DNA of 64,000 nt from an uncultured Spirochaetota bacterium (GCA_964433545.1 CAYSRJ010000002.1:37020-101019); one strand, 5' to 3'. Positions 19,721 through 31,835 are shown, counted from the first letter of the stretch. Made by a program: numbers and translations. The notes: generated by a model not told the origin, from the letters alone.

Positions 19721-20362
19721 ATGAAGGTAAATGTTATGACCGATATTCTGCAGGCGAATGACCTTCTTGCGCAGGATATCAGGAATATACTTCATGACAA
19801 GAAGATCGCATGCTGGAATGTCATGGGATCGCCCGGTGCCGGAAAGACCGCAATGCTTGAACGGCTTGTGCCGATGTTGCCCGCGGAGATAAAAGCGGCC
19901 GTGATAGAGGGTGATCTCGCAACATCGCGTGATGCCGAGAGGATTTCGAAAACCGGCGTGCAGTCCGCGCAAATCAATACGAACGGCGCATGCCATCTGG
20001 ATGCCGCGATGGTGAGATCGGCTCTCGATACGATCGAGCTCGACGATATTTCCCTGCTGTTTATCGAAAATGTCGGAAACCTCGTCTGCCCGTCGGGTTT
20101 CGATCTCGGTGAGAAGGGAAGAATAATTGTCGCCGGTATTACAGAGGGCGATGACAAGCCGGAGAAATATCCCTCGATGTATAAGACTGCGGACCTGGTG
20201 GTGGTCAATAAGATGGATATGCAGGAGAACTCGAATTTCAAGATCGAGAACTTCGAAAAAGGGCTTAAAATGATCAACCCTTCATCTGATATTGTTCCCG
20301 TTTCCTCTGTAACCGGAGAAGGCTTTGACAATCTCCTCGGATGGATACTTGACAGGCAGTAA
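19721..20362 (+). CDS. hypB: Hydrogenase nickel incorporation GTPase HypB
   Basis: 213 aa; P-loop GSPGAGKT; ENVGNLVCP motif; SIMIBI GTPase. Confidence 0.9.
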   Translation: MKVNVMTDILQANDLLAQDIRNILHDKKIACWNVMGSPGAGKTAMLERLVPMLPAEIKAAVIEGDLATSRDAERISKTGVQSAQINTNGACHLDAAMVRSALDTIELDDISLLFIENVGNLVCPSGFDLGEKGRIIVAGITEGDDKPEKYPSMYKTADLVVVNKMDMQENSNFKIENFEKGLKMINPSSDIVPVSSVTGEGFDNLLGWILDRQ

Positions 20363-20365
20363 CAA

Positions 20366-22672
20366 ATGGAAAATGCCGGTACAACCGGTGCCGTTATATG
20401 GTACAAAGGCATCGTGCAGGGGGTGGGGTTTCGGCCGCTCGCGTACAGAAGGGCCCACCTTTATCGCCTCAGAGGAACCATCAGAAACACCGAAACCGGT
20501 GTGCACATTGAGCTGGACGGCTCAAGGCGGAGCATCGAACAATTCTACAGGGACGTTCTGAAAAATCCACCGGTTCTCGCTGAAATACATACAAGCTCGA
20601 TCGAATACACGAAACCGCACGGGTTTACAAAACTCAGGATTGCCGGGAGCACCGCAGAAGGAGAGGGGTTTACACCGATCTCCCCGGATATTGCCACCTG
20701 TGACAACTGCCTCGAGGAAGTATTCGATCCGAATAACAGAAGATATCTCTACCCTTTTACCAACTGTACCGACTGCGGACCGCGATTTACAATAATCCAG
20801 TCAGTTCCATATGATAGAAAAAATACGACGATGAGTGAATTCGTCATGTGCTCCGACTGCAGGGCCGAATATGAAAATCCCCTTGACCGCCGGTATCATG
20901 CTCAGCCGAATGCATGTCCCGTATGCGGGCCTTCACTCGAATTGAGGGCCCCGGACGGATCTGTTATCGAAAAAGACGCGCTGGATAATGCGGTCTCGCT
21001 GCTCGAACAGGGGGCTATTGTTGCAGTCAAAGGGCTCGGCGGCTATCATCTGGCAGTTTCACCGCAGAGGCCTGAGTGGGTAATGCGTCTACGGAAAATG
21101 AAGCGGAGGCCCGCAAAACCGTTTGCCTTGATGGCCCGGGATATGCCGACGATAAGGAAGTACTGCATCGTCGGGGAACGGGCAGAGGACCTGCTTGCAG
21201 GCTTTGAACGGCCCATCGTCCTGCTTCGGGGAAGGAAAGGCAAACTTCCCAATGAAATCGCCCCTGATACAGATTGTATCGGTATTATGCTGCCCTACAC
21301 TCCTCTGCATCATATTCTTCTAAGAGAAGGGCCTGAAATACTTATAATGACGAGCGCGAATGTATCCGAGGAACCGCTTGTCTACCGGGACGACGAGGCG
21401 TCAGAAGAGCTCACCGGTATTGCTGATGCATTTCTCGTGCATAACAGGAAGATACAGCGCCCCTGCGACGATTCGGTTTTTTTTGTGAGTGATGGGGTTC
21501 CTGTACCGGTGCGAAGGTCACGTGGGTATGTGCCGAAGGCTATACCCGTCGGCCCGCCTGAAAGGACACTGCTGGCGTTCGGCCCGAACGAAAAAAACAC
21601 CTTCTGTGTTTTTCGGGAAGAAATGGCCTATGTGAGCCACCACATAGGGGATCTGAACAACACCAAGAGTATCGACGCCTATACAGCGGGTATTCAGGAT
21701 TTTTTGAGTATGCTGAGGGTGGAGCCTGAAATACTCGTCTGTGACATACACCCCGATTATATAAGCACACGCATTGCAGAAAGGATGGCCTCGGATCGGG
21801 GAATACACCTTGAGCGCGTTCAGCATCATCATGCGCATATAGCCAGTGTTCTCGGTGAAGCAGATGTTAATGACGCCGTGATTGGTGTTGCACTTGACGG
21901 AACAGGATACGGGACTGACGAGACGATATGGGGTGGTGAGTTTCTTATTGCAACACAGAAGGATTTTACCAGGGCCGCGCGGTATTTCCCCGTTCCCATG
22001 CCTGGAGGTGAAAAGGCGATTATCGAAACTGACCGCATGGCGGTTTCTTACTTGCTTCATGCCTTTGGGTCAGCATCGGGAATTCCGGATTTCCCGTTTA
22101 TTGTAAAATACGATAAAAAAAAGCTGGCACTTTTTGAAAAGATGATACATTCGGGGATTAACTGCCCGCGTACCTCCTCCTGCGGCAGGTTGTTTGATGC
22201 GGTGTCGGCTCTGATAGGCCTCTGTGTTCAGCCGTCATATGATGCACAGCCGGCCGTGCTTCTTGAAACGGCGGCAGGTCCTCCGGAAGCACTGTCCCTG
22301 TCACCGGAGAATGCTTATTCATATAGTATCGATGACGGGATGAACCTGCATTTCGAGCCTGCAATCAGAGAAATCGTCAGCGATATGCAAGGGGGGAGTT
22401 CCCGCAATTTTATCTCACAAAAGTTTCATGCAGCTGTTATATTATCTGGTGTTGATGTATGCAGGCGCCTTCGGAAAAAAACAGGAATAAACACCATTGC
22501 CCTGAGCGGCGGTGTATTCCAGAACCGAATTATTTTAAAGCTCATCCGACGCCTGCTGTCGGAGAATAATTTTTCAGTGCTTTTTCACAGATTGATGCCA
22601 CCGAATGACGGCGGTATTTCCTTCGGGCAGGGAATTGTTGCCCGTCGGCGGTGCGGAAGGGGTGTGGAATAA
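20366..22672 (+). CDS. hypF: Carbamoyltransferase HypF
   Basis: 768 aa; N-terminal acylphosphatase domain, two CxxC-x18-CxxC zinc fingers, YrdC-like and Kae1/HypF C-terminal domains. Confidence 0.9.
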   Translation: MENAGTTGAVIWYKGIVQGVGFRPLAYRRAHLYRLRGTIRNTETGVHIELDGSRRSIEQFYRDVLKNPPVLAEIHTSSIEYTKPHGFTKLRIAGSTAEGEGFTPISPDIATCDNCLEEVFDPNNRRYLYPFTNCTDCGPRFTIIQSVPYDRKNTTMSEFVMCSDCRAEYENPLDRRYHAQPNACPVCGPSLELRAPDGSVIEKDALDNAVSLLEQGAIVAVKGLGGYHLAVSPQRPEWVMRLRKMKRRPAKPFALMARDMPTIRKYCIVGERAEDLLAGFERPIVLLRGRKGKLPNEIAPDTDCIGIMLPYTPLHHILLREGPEILIMTSANVSEEPLVYRDDEASEELTGIADAFLVHNRKIQRPCDDSVFFVSDGVPVPVRRSRGYVPKAIPVGPPERTLLAFGPNEKNTFCVFREEMAYVSHHIGDLNNTKSIDAYTAGIQDFLSMLRVEPEILVCDIHPDYISTRIAERMASDRGIHLERVQHHHAHIASVLGEADVNDAVIGVALDGTGYGTDETIWGGEFLIATQKDFTRAARYFPVPMPGGEKAIIETDRMAVSYLLHAFGSASGIPDFPFIVKYDKKKLALFEKMIHSGINCPRTSSCGRLFDAVSALIGLCVQPSYDAQPAVLLETAAGPPEALSLSPENAYSYSIDDGMNLHFEPAIREIVSDMQGGSSRNFISQKFHAAVILSGVDVCRRLRKKTGINTIALSGGVFQNRIILKLIRRLLSENNFSVLFHRLMPPNDGGISFGQGIVARRRCGRGVE

Positions 22673-22899
22673 TGTGTCTTGCGGTAACAGGAAAGATAAT
22701 AACTAAAGAGGGCTTGACCGGCGTAGTGGACATGAGTGGGATCAGGGTCAATACCGGTTTTCATCTTGTTCCGGAAGCAAAAGTGGGCGACTACGTTTTG
22801 CTTCATGCCGGGTTTGCCATACAGATCATTGACGAGCAGGAAGCGCTTGAAACGAACGCCCTGCTCGATGAGCTTCTTCATCCGGAGGAAATCCGGTGA
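22651..22899 (+). CDS. hypC: Hydrogenase maturation factor HypC
   Basis: 82 aa; starts MCLAV (essential Cys2); overlaps hypF by 22 nt. Confidence 0.85.
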   Translation: MRKGCGIMCLAVTGKIITKEGLTGVVDMSGIRVNTGFHLVPEAKVGDYVLLHAGFAIQIIDEQEALETNALLDELLHPEEIR

Positions 22900-23981
22900 A
22901 TGAACCGTACAGGGACAGGGAGCTGGTAAAGACGGTTACACGGAAAATACACGATGTCTATCCGGGCGACGCGGTCAAGATCATGGAAGTCTGCGGCACA
23001 CACACAATGGCGATCGCCAAATACGGCCTCAGAAGCCTTCTCCCGGACGGACTTTCGCTCATCTCCGGCCCTGGATGCCCGGTTTGTGTCACACCTTCAT
23101 CTATCATAAACGCGGTGCTCGAACTGGCAGTGCTTCCGAATGTCACTGTTGCGACATTCGGCGATATGATTCGTGTTCCGGGCTCTGATAAAAATCTCGA
23201 ACAGTTAAAAGCCGAAGGTGCCGATGTTCGCATTGTCTATTCGGCGTATGAACTGATCGACATGGCATCATCCGAAAAGGACAGGGAGTTCGTTTTCGTC
23301 AGTGTCGGATTCGAGACTACTACCCCTGGGATTGCGCTTGCAATTCTGGAGGCGGAAAAACGGGGTATAAAAAACCTGTTTTTCATAGCTGCAAACCGTC
23401 TGGTGATACCGGCGCTTGAGGCACTCTGCATCAGTGAGAACACGCTGATAGACGGTTTTTTATGCCCCGGCCATGTCAGCGTTATTATCGGCTGGGACGC
23501 GTACCGGCCGATTGCAGACCGGTTTCATGTGCCGTGCGTTGTCGGCGGTTTCGAGCCGGTTGATATATTGACGGCTGTCTACGAAATCGTCCGGCGGGTG
23601 TCAAAGGGAGAGGCTGGCGTCGCCAATACCTATAAAAGAGCGGTTTCCGAGAAAGGAAATGCGCGCGCCCTTGAAGTGATGGACAGGGTGTTCGAGCCGG
23701 CGGATGCCGCCTGGCGCGGTATAGGTACAATCCCAAAAAGCGGCCTAAAGCTTCGTGATGAGTTTGCCCACCTCGAGGCGCTGTCTCATTTTAGGGTTCA
23801 TCTCATCGAAAGCCCCGACCCGAAGGGGTGCCGATGCGGTGATGTTCTCAAGGGGGTGATAATTCCGCCTGAGTGTGCGTTGTTCGGAAAGAGATGCACC
23901 CCCGAGAATCCTGTCGGGCCGTGCATGGTTTCTTCTGAAGGATCCTGTGCAGCCTACTACAGGTACCCAAAAAGCGAGTAA
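22896..23981 (+). CDS. hypD: Hydrogenase maturation factor HypD
   Basis: 361 aa; CGxH, GPGCPVC and C-terminal CxxC...CxxC HypD motifs. Confidence 0.9.
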   Translation: MNEPYRDRELVKTVTRKIHDVYPGDAVKIMEVCGTHTMAIAKYGLRSLLPDGLSLISGPGCPVCVTPSSIINAVLELAVLPNVTVATFGDMIRVPGSDKNLEQLKAEGADVRIVYSAYELIDMASSEKDREFVFVSVGFETTTPGIALAILEAEKRGIKNLFFIAANRLVIPALEALCISENTLIDGFLCPGHVSVIIGWDAYRPIADRFHVPCVVGGFEPVDILTAVYEIVRRVSKGEAGVANTYKRAVSEKGNARALEVMDRVFEPADAAWRGIGTIPKSGLKLRDEFAHLEALSHFRVHLIESPDPKGCRCGDVLKGVIIPPECALFGKRCTPENPVGPCMVSSEGSCAAYYRYPKSE

Positions 23982-24072
23982 GTACCCAAAAAGTGGGTAA
24001 CTACCCGATTCCTCATTTTGCAGCTGTGATGTATAATTCAGTTAGAAATCTTCGAGATGATGGAGGTGGGGC

Positions 24073-25116
24073 ATGAGCATTGAGAGAGTCCTTCTTATCC
24101 ATGGAGGCGGCGGACGCATGGCGAGAAGGCTCATCGAGAGCATCGTTTCAACATTCGACAATACGGCTTTGAGCCGGATGGAGGATGCATCGCCGATTTA
24201 CATTCCTGAGCATGAAAAAAAGTCAGCGGGCGACACTGCAGAACAGCAGCCGAGAATTGTCATGACGACCGACAGCTTTGTCGTGACCCCACTCTTTTTC
24301 CCCGGCGGAGACATCGGTAAGCTTTCTGTATGCGGAACAGTAAACGACCTCGCTACTGCCGGCGCGGTTCCCGCCGCCCTGTCTGTAGGGCTGATAATCG
24401 AGGAGGGCTTTCCTGTTCGGGACCTCGAGCGAGTGCTCACATCGATGAAGGAAACCGCAGACAGTGTACCCGTCCCACTCATAACGGGAGATACGAAGGT
24501 TGTAGAGAAGGGCAGGGGTGACGGTGTTTACATCTCGACCGCTGGAGTCGGGGTTGTGCGGCCCGGTATCGAACTTTCGCCGGCGCGGATTGAGGAGGGA
24601 GACACGGTACTTATCAACGGTTCCATAGGCAACCATGAGGCCTCTATACTGAGTGCGAGAAACGAACTTTCACTGGGAGCGAAAATAGAATCAGATTGCG
24701 CTCCTCTAGGCGATCTCATGCAGACAGTTCTCGAAGCCGCGCCGGAAGCCAAATGTGCGCGTGACCCGACCAGGGGAGGGGTTACAGCAGTTCTCTGTGA
24801 GCTTGCTGAAAGCGCCGGATGCACTATAACACTTGATGAAGAGGCAATTCCGGTCAATGAAGATGTGCAGGGCCTCTGCGACATACTCGGTCTCGATCCA
24901 TTGCAGATGGCGAATGAGGGAAAGATGATCGTGATTGTGCCCGGTAGAATGGCGCAGATAGTTCTCGAAGCGATGAAAACCCTCGACGTTGGAAGGAACA
25001 GTGTGAAAATCGGAGAGGTCCAAAAAGGACCAGGACGTCTCGTTATGAAAACACCATACGGGACGAGCAGGATCATCACCATGCCGGTAGGGAACCAGCT
25101 CCCCCGCATATGTTGA
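24073..25116 (+). CDS. hypE: Hydrogenase maturation factor HypE (carbamoyl dehydratase)
   Basis: 347 aa; PurM-like fold; C-terminal ...PRIC motif. Confidence 0.9.
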   Translation: MSIERVLLIHGGGGRMARRLIESIVSTFDNTALSRMEDASPIYIPEHEKKSAGDTAEQQPRIVMTTDSFVVTPLFFPGGDIGKLSVCGTVNDLATAGAVPAALSVGLIIEEGFPVRDLERVLTSMKETADSVPVPLITGDTKVVEKGRGDGVYISTAGVGVVRPGIELSPARIEEGDTVLINGSIGNHEASILSARNELSLGAKIESDCAPLGDLMQTVLEAAPEAKCARDPTRGGVTAVLCELAESAGCTITLDEEAIPVNEDVQGLCDILGLDPLQMANEGKMIVIVPGRMAQIVLEAMKTLDVGRNSVKIGEVQKGPGRLVMKTPYGTSRIITMPVGNQLPRIC

Positions 25117-25171
25117 TTGCAGGGGGCAGCCGCTTGAAAACCAATTATACTAGGAAAAAAGCGTCGTAATT

Positions 25172-25325
25172 CCTTGACAGGATACATCCCCCTGGGATAC
25201 ATCCCCCCGGGACTGAGTATCAGACAGTAACTTGCTCGAAGTTACTTAGAAGCGGTGTTCGTCCCTGTGGGACTGAGTATCGACGAGTAACTTTATAATT
25301 GAAGTTAATTAAAAAAGCCCGAAGG
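25172..25325 (+). repeat. Repeat family 2 copy (TTGACAGG module, 2 x 15-bp units, two GGGACTGAGTATC...AGTAACTT hairpin sub-units) in the hypE/eno convergent spacer
   Basis: ccttgacaggatacatccccctgggatacatccccccgggactgagtatcagacagtaacttgctcgaagttacttagaagcgg...gggactgagtatcgacgagtaacttt. Confidence 0.85.
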
Positions 25326-25396
25326 ATTGTGTAATTGCCTGTTACACTGCGTTTCTGTTTATGCCCCTGAAGCACCTTAATCTACATACCCGATAT

Positions 25397-26749
<1,353 letters not shown>

Positions 26750-26888
26750 TTATCAAGAATTAATTTATCGCTGTTTTTACTACTGCCGGCATGCCTATGA
26801 TGAAGATACTTAAGATTAATAGGAACGCTTTCTGTACCGATAAATTAAAGGAAAACACGGCATTACGTCCGAACAGTATGAAGAGTAT

Positions 26889-28415
26889 ATGGAAAAGAAA
26901 GAAAAAGAATTGCTTGTTGATCCAGGCGATTGGTACTCGGAACTTTTTAATGGCGACCCCAATGGGGCGGCTCCCACGTCCCATACCTCCAATTCGAAAA
27001 AATTAGCAGGACAAATACCGGAGCCCGTTCTTTCTGAGGAAACTGAGGAATCCCATCCAGATACTGCTGAAAATGCCTCCCTGGAAAAAGAAAAACATAC
27101 ACCGGGGAAAAGCATGCACATTCATGTGTATGCCTTTTTTTGCTGCTCGGTTATTATATTTGTGCTGTGTTTGTATTATCTCTTTCATGCTGATGATTTC
27201 AGTACATTACCCGCTCTTCATTTTTCGCCGCCCCGTACAGAATATGTCTCGAGCTACCTCTCGTATTCTACAAAACAGAATATGTCAAGCAGCGCCCTTG
27301 ATCTATTGAGAAAGAATGGAGCACGGCTCGCATCACTCCAGCATGAGCTCGAAACACTCGAAGAGAACAAAAACGATTTCATTAAAGGAATAGAAGGTAA
27401 GGATAAAATTTATTTTCAGAGCAGGTCTATATTCGGATTGACGGGAAAAGAGAAGAACCTGCGGTCTATAGCCGACCTCGTCAGATCGGATGTAGAGTTC
27501 AGAGGGGAAAAGAAACGCCGCATACAGATATATCTACAGCAGTACAATAAAAAAAGGCAGTCCCTTCTTGCGCAAAAGACAGAGTATGAAAAATCTATTG
27601 GTAACCTGACTGCATACCAGAAGACGGTTGACCGTATCCGCCCTGTTAAAGATCAAAGTTTCGATAGTGCGTTTCTTGTCGATACCTTGCGGTCCGGTTA
27701 TCTAAGTAAATTTATGTACTCTGTCGAACACGAGGATTATGACGGGGCGCTTTCCGCCCTGAGATTCCTCAAGCCCCTGTCCCCGAGGGGGGAAGATATG
27801 ACGATGAAGCTGATTCATCGCCTGGTTCTTCTGTTGAAAGAATATGACAGACGGATGGAACTGCTGACCAGACATTCGCCATTTGAGGAAATAAATCTTG
27901 CATATTTGAATGAAGACTACAATGCAGTTGAAAAGAAAATCGGTAATCTTCAAAAAGAAGGATTTTTAAAGCCTATTCTCAGTGGAATAGACGGAAGTCT
28001 TTTCGAAAACAGCACGAACCGGGATGCGATTGACTCTGAAATCAGGCAGAGCGGGCAACTTGTGGATCTCGTTCAGAGAGCCCGGATGTATGAGAAAAAA
28101 TACGAGTATAAAAAAGCCCTTGATATATATGAAAACCTGCTTGTCTTCAGAACGAATAGCTATGACCGTGAAATGATAATCGGAAAGCTCCATTCAATCT
28201 GGCTTGCTCTCGAACAAGAAAAGCAGAGGCGGGAGGAGAATACGCGGGCGATAAAGTACATTAACAGTGCCCGTATTCTTGGAAGGGAGGGCAAGGACGC
28301 AGATGCACTCGAGTATTACAGGATGCTTTTACAGGAATGTCCGAACTCCGATTATATACAGGAAGCAGTGGAAGGTATTATTAAGATTACCTCTATGCAA
28401 AAGATTCCCGGTTGA
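26889..28415 (+). CDS. Hypothetical membrane-anchored protein with coiled-coil and C-terminal TPR-like region
   Basis: 508 aa; acidic N-terminus; one TM helix (VYAFFCCSVIIFVLCLYYLF); no recognisable enzymatic motif. Confidence 0.5.
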   Translation: MEKKEKELLVDPGDWYSELFNGDPNGAAPTSHTSNSKKLAGQIPEPVLSEETEESHPDTAENASLEKEKHTPGKSMHIHVYAFFCCSVIIFVLCLYYLFHADDFSTLPALHFSPPRTEYVSSYLSYSTKQNMSSSALDLLRKNGARLASLQHELETLEENKNDFIKGIEGKDKIYFQSRSIFGLTGKEKNLRSIADLVRSDVEFRGEKKRRIQIYLQQYNKKRQSLLAQKTEYEKSIGNLTAYQKTVDRIRPVKDQSFDSAFLVDTLRSGYLSKFMYSVEHEDYDGALSALRFLKPLSPRGEDMTMKLIHRLVLLLKEYDRRMELLTRHSPFEEINLAYLNEDYNAVEKKIGNLQKEGFLKPILSGIDGSLFENSTNRDAIDSEIRQSGQLVDLVQRARMYEKKYEYKKALDIYENLLVFRTNSYDREMIIGKLHSIWLALEQEKQRREENTRAIKYINSARILGREGKDADALEYYRMLLQECPNSDYIQEAVEGIIKITSMQKIPG

Positions 28416-28515
28416 TTACGAGAATATGTTTTTGCATTCATCACCTCTCAGAGAACTGGTTTTATGCTTGTCATCACCTTCATATTTACGTAGAATAAAA
28501 TAAAATTAAAAATCA

Positions 28516-30735
28516 ATGAAAAAGCTAAATATCACACCCAGCGCATTGTCGGATGCACGGAAGAAGTTATACTATTTTACTTTTTTAAACATCATCGCCT
28601 TTACCCTGCTCAGTGGAAACCTTATCACTCTATTTTCTTTGCGACTTGGCGCAGACAGTTTTTTAATTGGGATGCTCTCATTTTTTACCTACATAAGTTA
28701 CCTCTGTATGCTTATTGGGCGGTCTCTTGTTAAGAAATTCGGTGTTGTCGGTTTAATGGGGAGATTCTGGTTCGCACGTCATTTGATGATGCTGCCGATG
28801 CTTATCACTCCGCTGATAGCCGGGAAGGGCTACTACACCGCTGTTTATGCGGTAATCATTTTCAGCGTGCTCGGTTTCAGTGTATCCCGCGGAATTGCAA
28901 TTACAGGATACAATCCGGTAATCGGTGAGGTGACAACAGAAAAACAACGCGGCTATCTGCTTTCGCAGCTTCAGAAAATACAGCATGCAGCCACTCTTGT
29001 GGTCAGCATCATTATGGCCCTGGTTCTGGGAAAGCAGGCTCCTCTCTACAGGTATGTGCTCTTCATTATTACAGGAATCATCTGTGGCTCATTCGCCTCT
29101 TTCGTCTTTATGAAAATACCCGAACCGGATAATATCAGGGAAAATATATCGGAAAATTTATGGACGGGCTTTTTTCAGGCGCTTAAAAGAGCTTCGTTCA
29201 GAAAGTTCATTGTTATCCACTTTTTAATCTCCTTTGCAACATTCATGGTCTTTCCTTTTCTCATTGTTTATATAAAAAAGATATTCAATCAACCCGACAA
29301 CTTTATTCTTTTTTACACTGTTTTCGGGAGCCTGGGTGCTATTCTCATGGCACTTATCAGCGGATTTATGATCGACAGGCTCGGCGCCAAACCTCTTTAT
29401 TTTATCTTTTCAGGCATAATCCTGCTTGCCGTAATCCCGACTATTCTATCACCTGGAACAATACAGCCCGAATTTATATGGATATTCGCATCCGCGGTAT
29501 TTTTCTTTCACAATATGGGAAATTTTGGCGTTTTTAATGCTGGCCAGACATATTTTTTCTCAGCCATCAGGGCTGAAGAGAGCCTCAACCTGGGGGTTAT
29601 GTTCTTTCTGATCAGAGGGCTTGCAAGCGGGATCGGGGCATTGTCAGGAGGTATTATCCTCGAATGGCTCCAAAAGTTTCAATCCATTGGCACTGCTGAC
29701 GTTTTCAGGATATACTTCGGGTTTGTTGCCCTGATGTTCGGGTTTATCATGATACTCATTGCCAGGATGGAAAACCTGGGGGCCTATCCCATCCGTAATG
29801 CAATGGCAATAATCTTCTCTCCAAGGGAAATACGTACAGTCAGCCTGCTGAACAGGCTGGACCGGTCACAGACAGTTTCGGAAGAAAAGAGCGTAATCAG
29901 GGCACTTGGCGGATCGAAGTCGGAGCTGTCAATAGACGATATTCTGAACAAGCTTACATCTCCGCTGTTTACAATACGGAAAGAGGCTCTTTCAGCACTC
30001 AGCACTCTGCCGGTTGATAAAACCGTTATCAACGCTCTTATATCAGAGGTTAAAAACCACGCATTTACAACAGCATATATTGCAGCAGATATTATCGGGA
30101 AGAGAAAAATCAAAGAATCTAAAGCCGTACTCAGAAAACAGCTTTACTCAAAGGACTACATTTTGGGCGGTAAGTGTATGGTAGCTCTTGCGAATTTGAA
30201 TGACAGGAAAAGTCTTGGGGCTATCGAAGATATTATCAGGAAAACCAGGAATCCGGGTTTAATTGTGCATGGTGCTGCAGCTCTGTCAATATTCCATGAT
30301 CCGGCGTCGGTTCAAACACTTTTTGCCAAATTAAAAGAAAAAAACCAACCCTATATGCGGGACGAAATAATACTATCTATTGCGGGTATCCTTGGATTCG
30401 AAAAATGGTTCTATCCGGTCTATATTTCTTTTCTTGAAAACAGCACAACCGGAATTTCTCATTTAATCGATTTTCTGTCAGATAATCGGCCTCAGAAGCA
30501 GATTGTCGACCAGATTGAAAAATTGTATGCGAGCCTCCCAATAACCGGTCCATCTCAATTTTCAATGCTTGCAGAAAAACTGCTTCAACAGATAGCTGTA
30601 AAGCCGGAAGGCGCTGACATATCGCCTCTAATGCTATCGGCTGTTAAAGATGCAGGCCTTGCCAGGCTTGTACGCTTTCGTTTTCTTATTGCGGCAACAA
30701 TCACCTGGTTCGGTATAAGGAGACACCATACGTGA
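28516..30735 (+). CDS. MFS transporter fused to a C-terminal HEAT-repeat (PBS-lyase-like) domain
   Basis: 739 aa; about 12 predicted TM helices in the first 430 aa; C-terminal 300 aa with repeated ...ALGxxxxxxAIxxLIxxLxD... HEAT-like units. Confidence 0.65.
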   Translation: MKKLNITPSALSDARKKLYYFTFLNIIAFTLLSGNLITLFSLRLGADSFLIGMLSFFTYISYLCMLIGRSLVKKFGVVGLMGRFWFARHLMMLPMLITPLIAGKGYYTAVYAVIIFSVLGFSVSRGIAITGYNPVIGEVTTEKQRGYLLSQLQKIQHAATLVVSIIMALVLGKQAPLYRYVLFIITGIICGSFASFVFMKIPEPDNIRENISENLWTGFFQALKRASFRKFIVIHFLISFATFMVFPFLIVYIKKIFNQPDNFILFYTVFGSLGAILMALISGFMIDRLGAKPLYFIFSGIILLAVIPTILSPGTIQPEFIWIFASAVFFFHNMGNFGVFNAGQTYFFSAIRAEESLNLGVMFFLIRGLASGIGALSGGIILEWLQKFQSIGTADVFRIYFGFVALMFGFIMILIARMENLGAYPIRNAMAIIFSPREIRTVSLLNRLDRSQTVSEEKSVIRALGGSKSELSIDDILNKLTSPLFTIRKEALSALSTLPVDKTVINALISEVKNHAFTTAYIAADIIGKRKIKESKAVLRKQLYSKDYILGGKCMVALANLNDRKSLGAIEDIIRKTRNPGLIVHGAAALSIFHDPASVQTLFAKLKEKNQPYMRDEIILSIAGILGFEKWFYPVYISFLENSTTGISHLIDFLSDNRPQKQIVDQIEKLYASLPITGPSQFSMLAEKLLQQIAVKPEGADISPLMLSAVKDAGLARLVRFRFLIAATITWFGIRRHHT

Positions 30736-30822
30736 GCGGCATTGAAGATTTTCGTGCTTCGCGCGGTTAAAGGGAATGGTTGTAATCAAATATTTCAGAG
30801 GAATAGCATAAACGACTATTGG

Positions 30823-31302
30823 TTATGTTCGCTCAAGGATAAAAAAGGTAAAAGGAATTGATCCCTCATGTTCTTCCCTGAAAGAAACCTTGAACTGTTT
30901 CTCAGGATAGGAGGGGAAGTAGACATCCCCCTCGAAATCACTCCTGATAAGTGTCTGATAGATCCTGTGGGCAACAGGAATGGCCTTTTGGAACACCTCT
31001 TTCCCGCCTATAATAAAAACGTCGTTTCTCTTCATCTCTTTTGCATATGAGAGGGCCCCTTCAAACGAATGAAAGACAATCGCCCCGTCTGCTCTGTAGT
31101 TTTTTTGCCGTGTGAGGATGATGTTTTCACGCTGTGGCAGGCCCCGGCCTATTGATTCAAATGTTTTTCTACCCATAATGACAGTATGATCGAGGGTGTG
31201 GCGCCGGAACCACTGAAAATCCTCGGGGATATGCCAGGGGAGTTTTCCGTTCTTTCCAATGACTCCTGTCTGTGTCATTGCAACGATAATGGATACTGTC
31301 AT
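30823..31302 (-). CDS. folA: Dihydrofolate reductase
   Basis: 159 aa; the DHFR N-terminal motif IIVAMTQTGVIGKNGKLPWHIPEDFQWFRRHT. Confidence 0.9.
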   Translation of the reverse strand: MTVSIIVAMTQTGVIGKNGKLPWHIPEDFQWFRRHTLDHTVIMGRKTFESIGRGLPQRENIILTRQKNYRADGAIVFHSFEGALSYAKEMKRNDVFIIGGKEVFQKAIPVAHRIYQTLIRSDFEGDVYFPSYPEKQFKVSFREEHEGSIPFTFFILERT

Positions 31303-31304
31303 GG

Positions 31305-31817
31305 TCAGTAGCCCTTTTCTTTCAGCTCATTGAAGTGTTTTTTTGCAAGCTCATTGTCCTTGTCGACGGCCAGGAGATGCATATATGCCTTTTTTGCTTC
31401 AGTAAAATGCTGTGTCTTTTCATAGGTAACGGCAAGATTTGTGATGTAGAGCTTGTCTTCCGGTTTAAGAAGATACGCCTTCTCGAAGTAGGGAAGAGCT
31501 TTTTCATACATACCGAGATTTCCATACACAAGCCCCAGGGCTTCAAGAGCCTGATCATGATTCGGGCTGTACTTCAGGGTGAGCTCGAATTCCTCCACTG
31601 CCTTATCGTACTGTTGGGATTTTACGTAGCGTTTTCCGTCCTCATAGTGTTTTGTTGATTTGACATTGGCGCATCCCGCGAGCTGAAGCAAGAGGAGACC
31701 CGATAAAACTACTGTAAAACCAATGAATTTTCCTGCACGTTGTCGTTTCCGTATGTTCTGAGAGTTTGTACAGGCTGTCATGTTCAGGTCCCTTTCAAGA
31801 ATATGTTTTTTCCGCAT
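31305..31817 (-). CDS. TPR-repeat protein with N-terminal signal/membrane anchor
   Basis: 170 aa; hydrophobic N-terminus; 3-4 TPR units. Confidence 0.6.
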   Translation of the reverse strand: MRKKHILERDLNMTACTNSQNIRKRQRAGKFIGFTVVLSGLLLLQLAGCANVKSTKHYEDGKRYVKSQQYDKAVEEFELTLKYSPNHDQALEALGLVYGNLGMYEKALPYFEKAYLLKPEDKLYITNLAVTYEKTQHFTEAKKAYMHLLAVDKDNELAKKHFNELKEKGY

Positions 31818-31835
31818 GTGCAGTACGGCTCCAAT

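Noticed and set aside
25172-25190. CCTTGACAGG modules of repeat family 2 as sigma70 -35 promoter elements
   Set aside because: TTGACA is present in every copy. However, no consistent -10 hexamer lies 16-18 bp downstream, and the copies occur in convergent as well as divergent spacers. I treat it as part of the repeat rather than as a promoter. The similar TTGACA-17-TAAGTT upstream of yajC is kept as a separate, plausible promoter.
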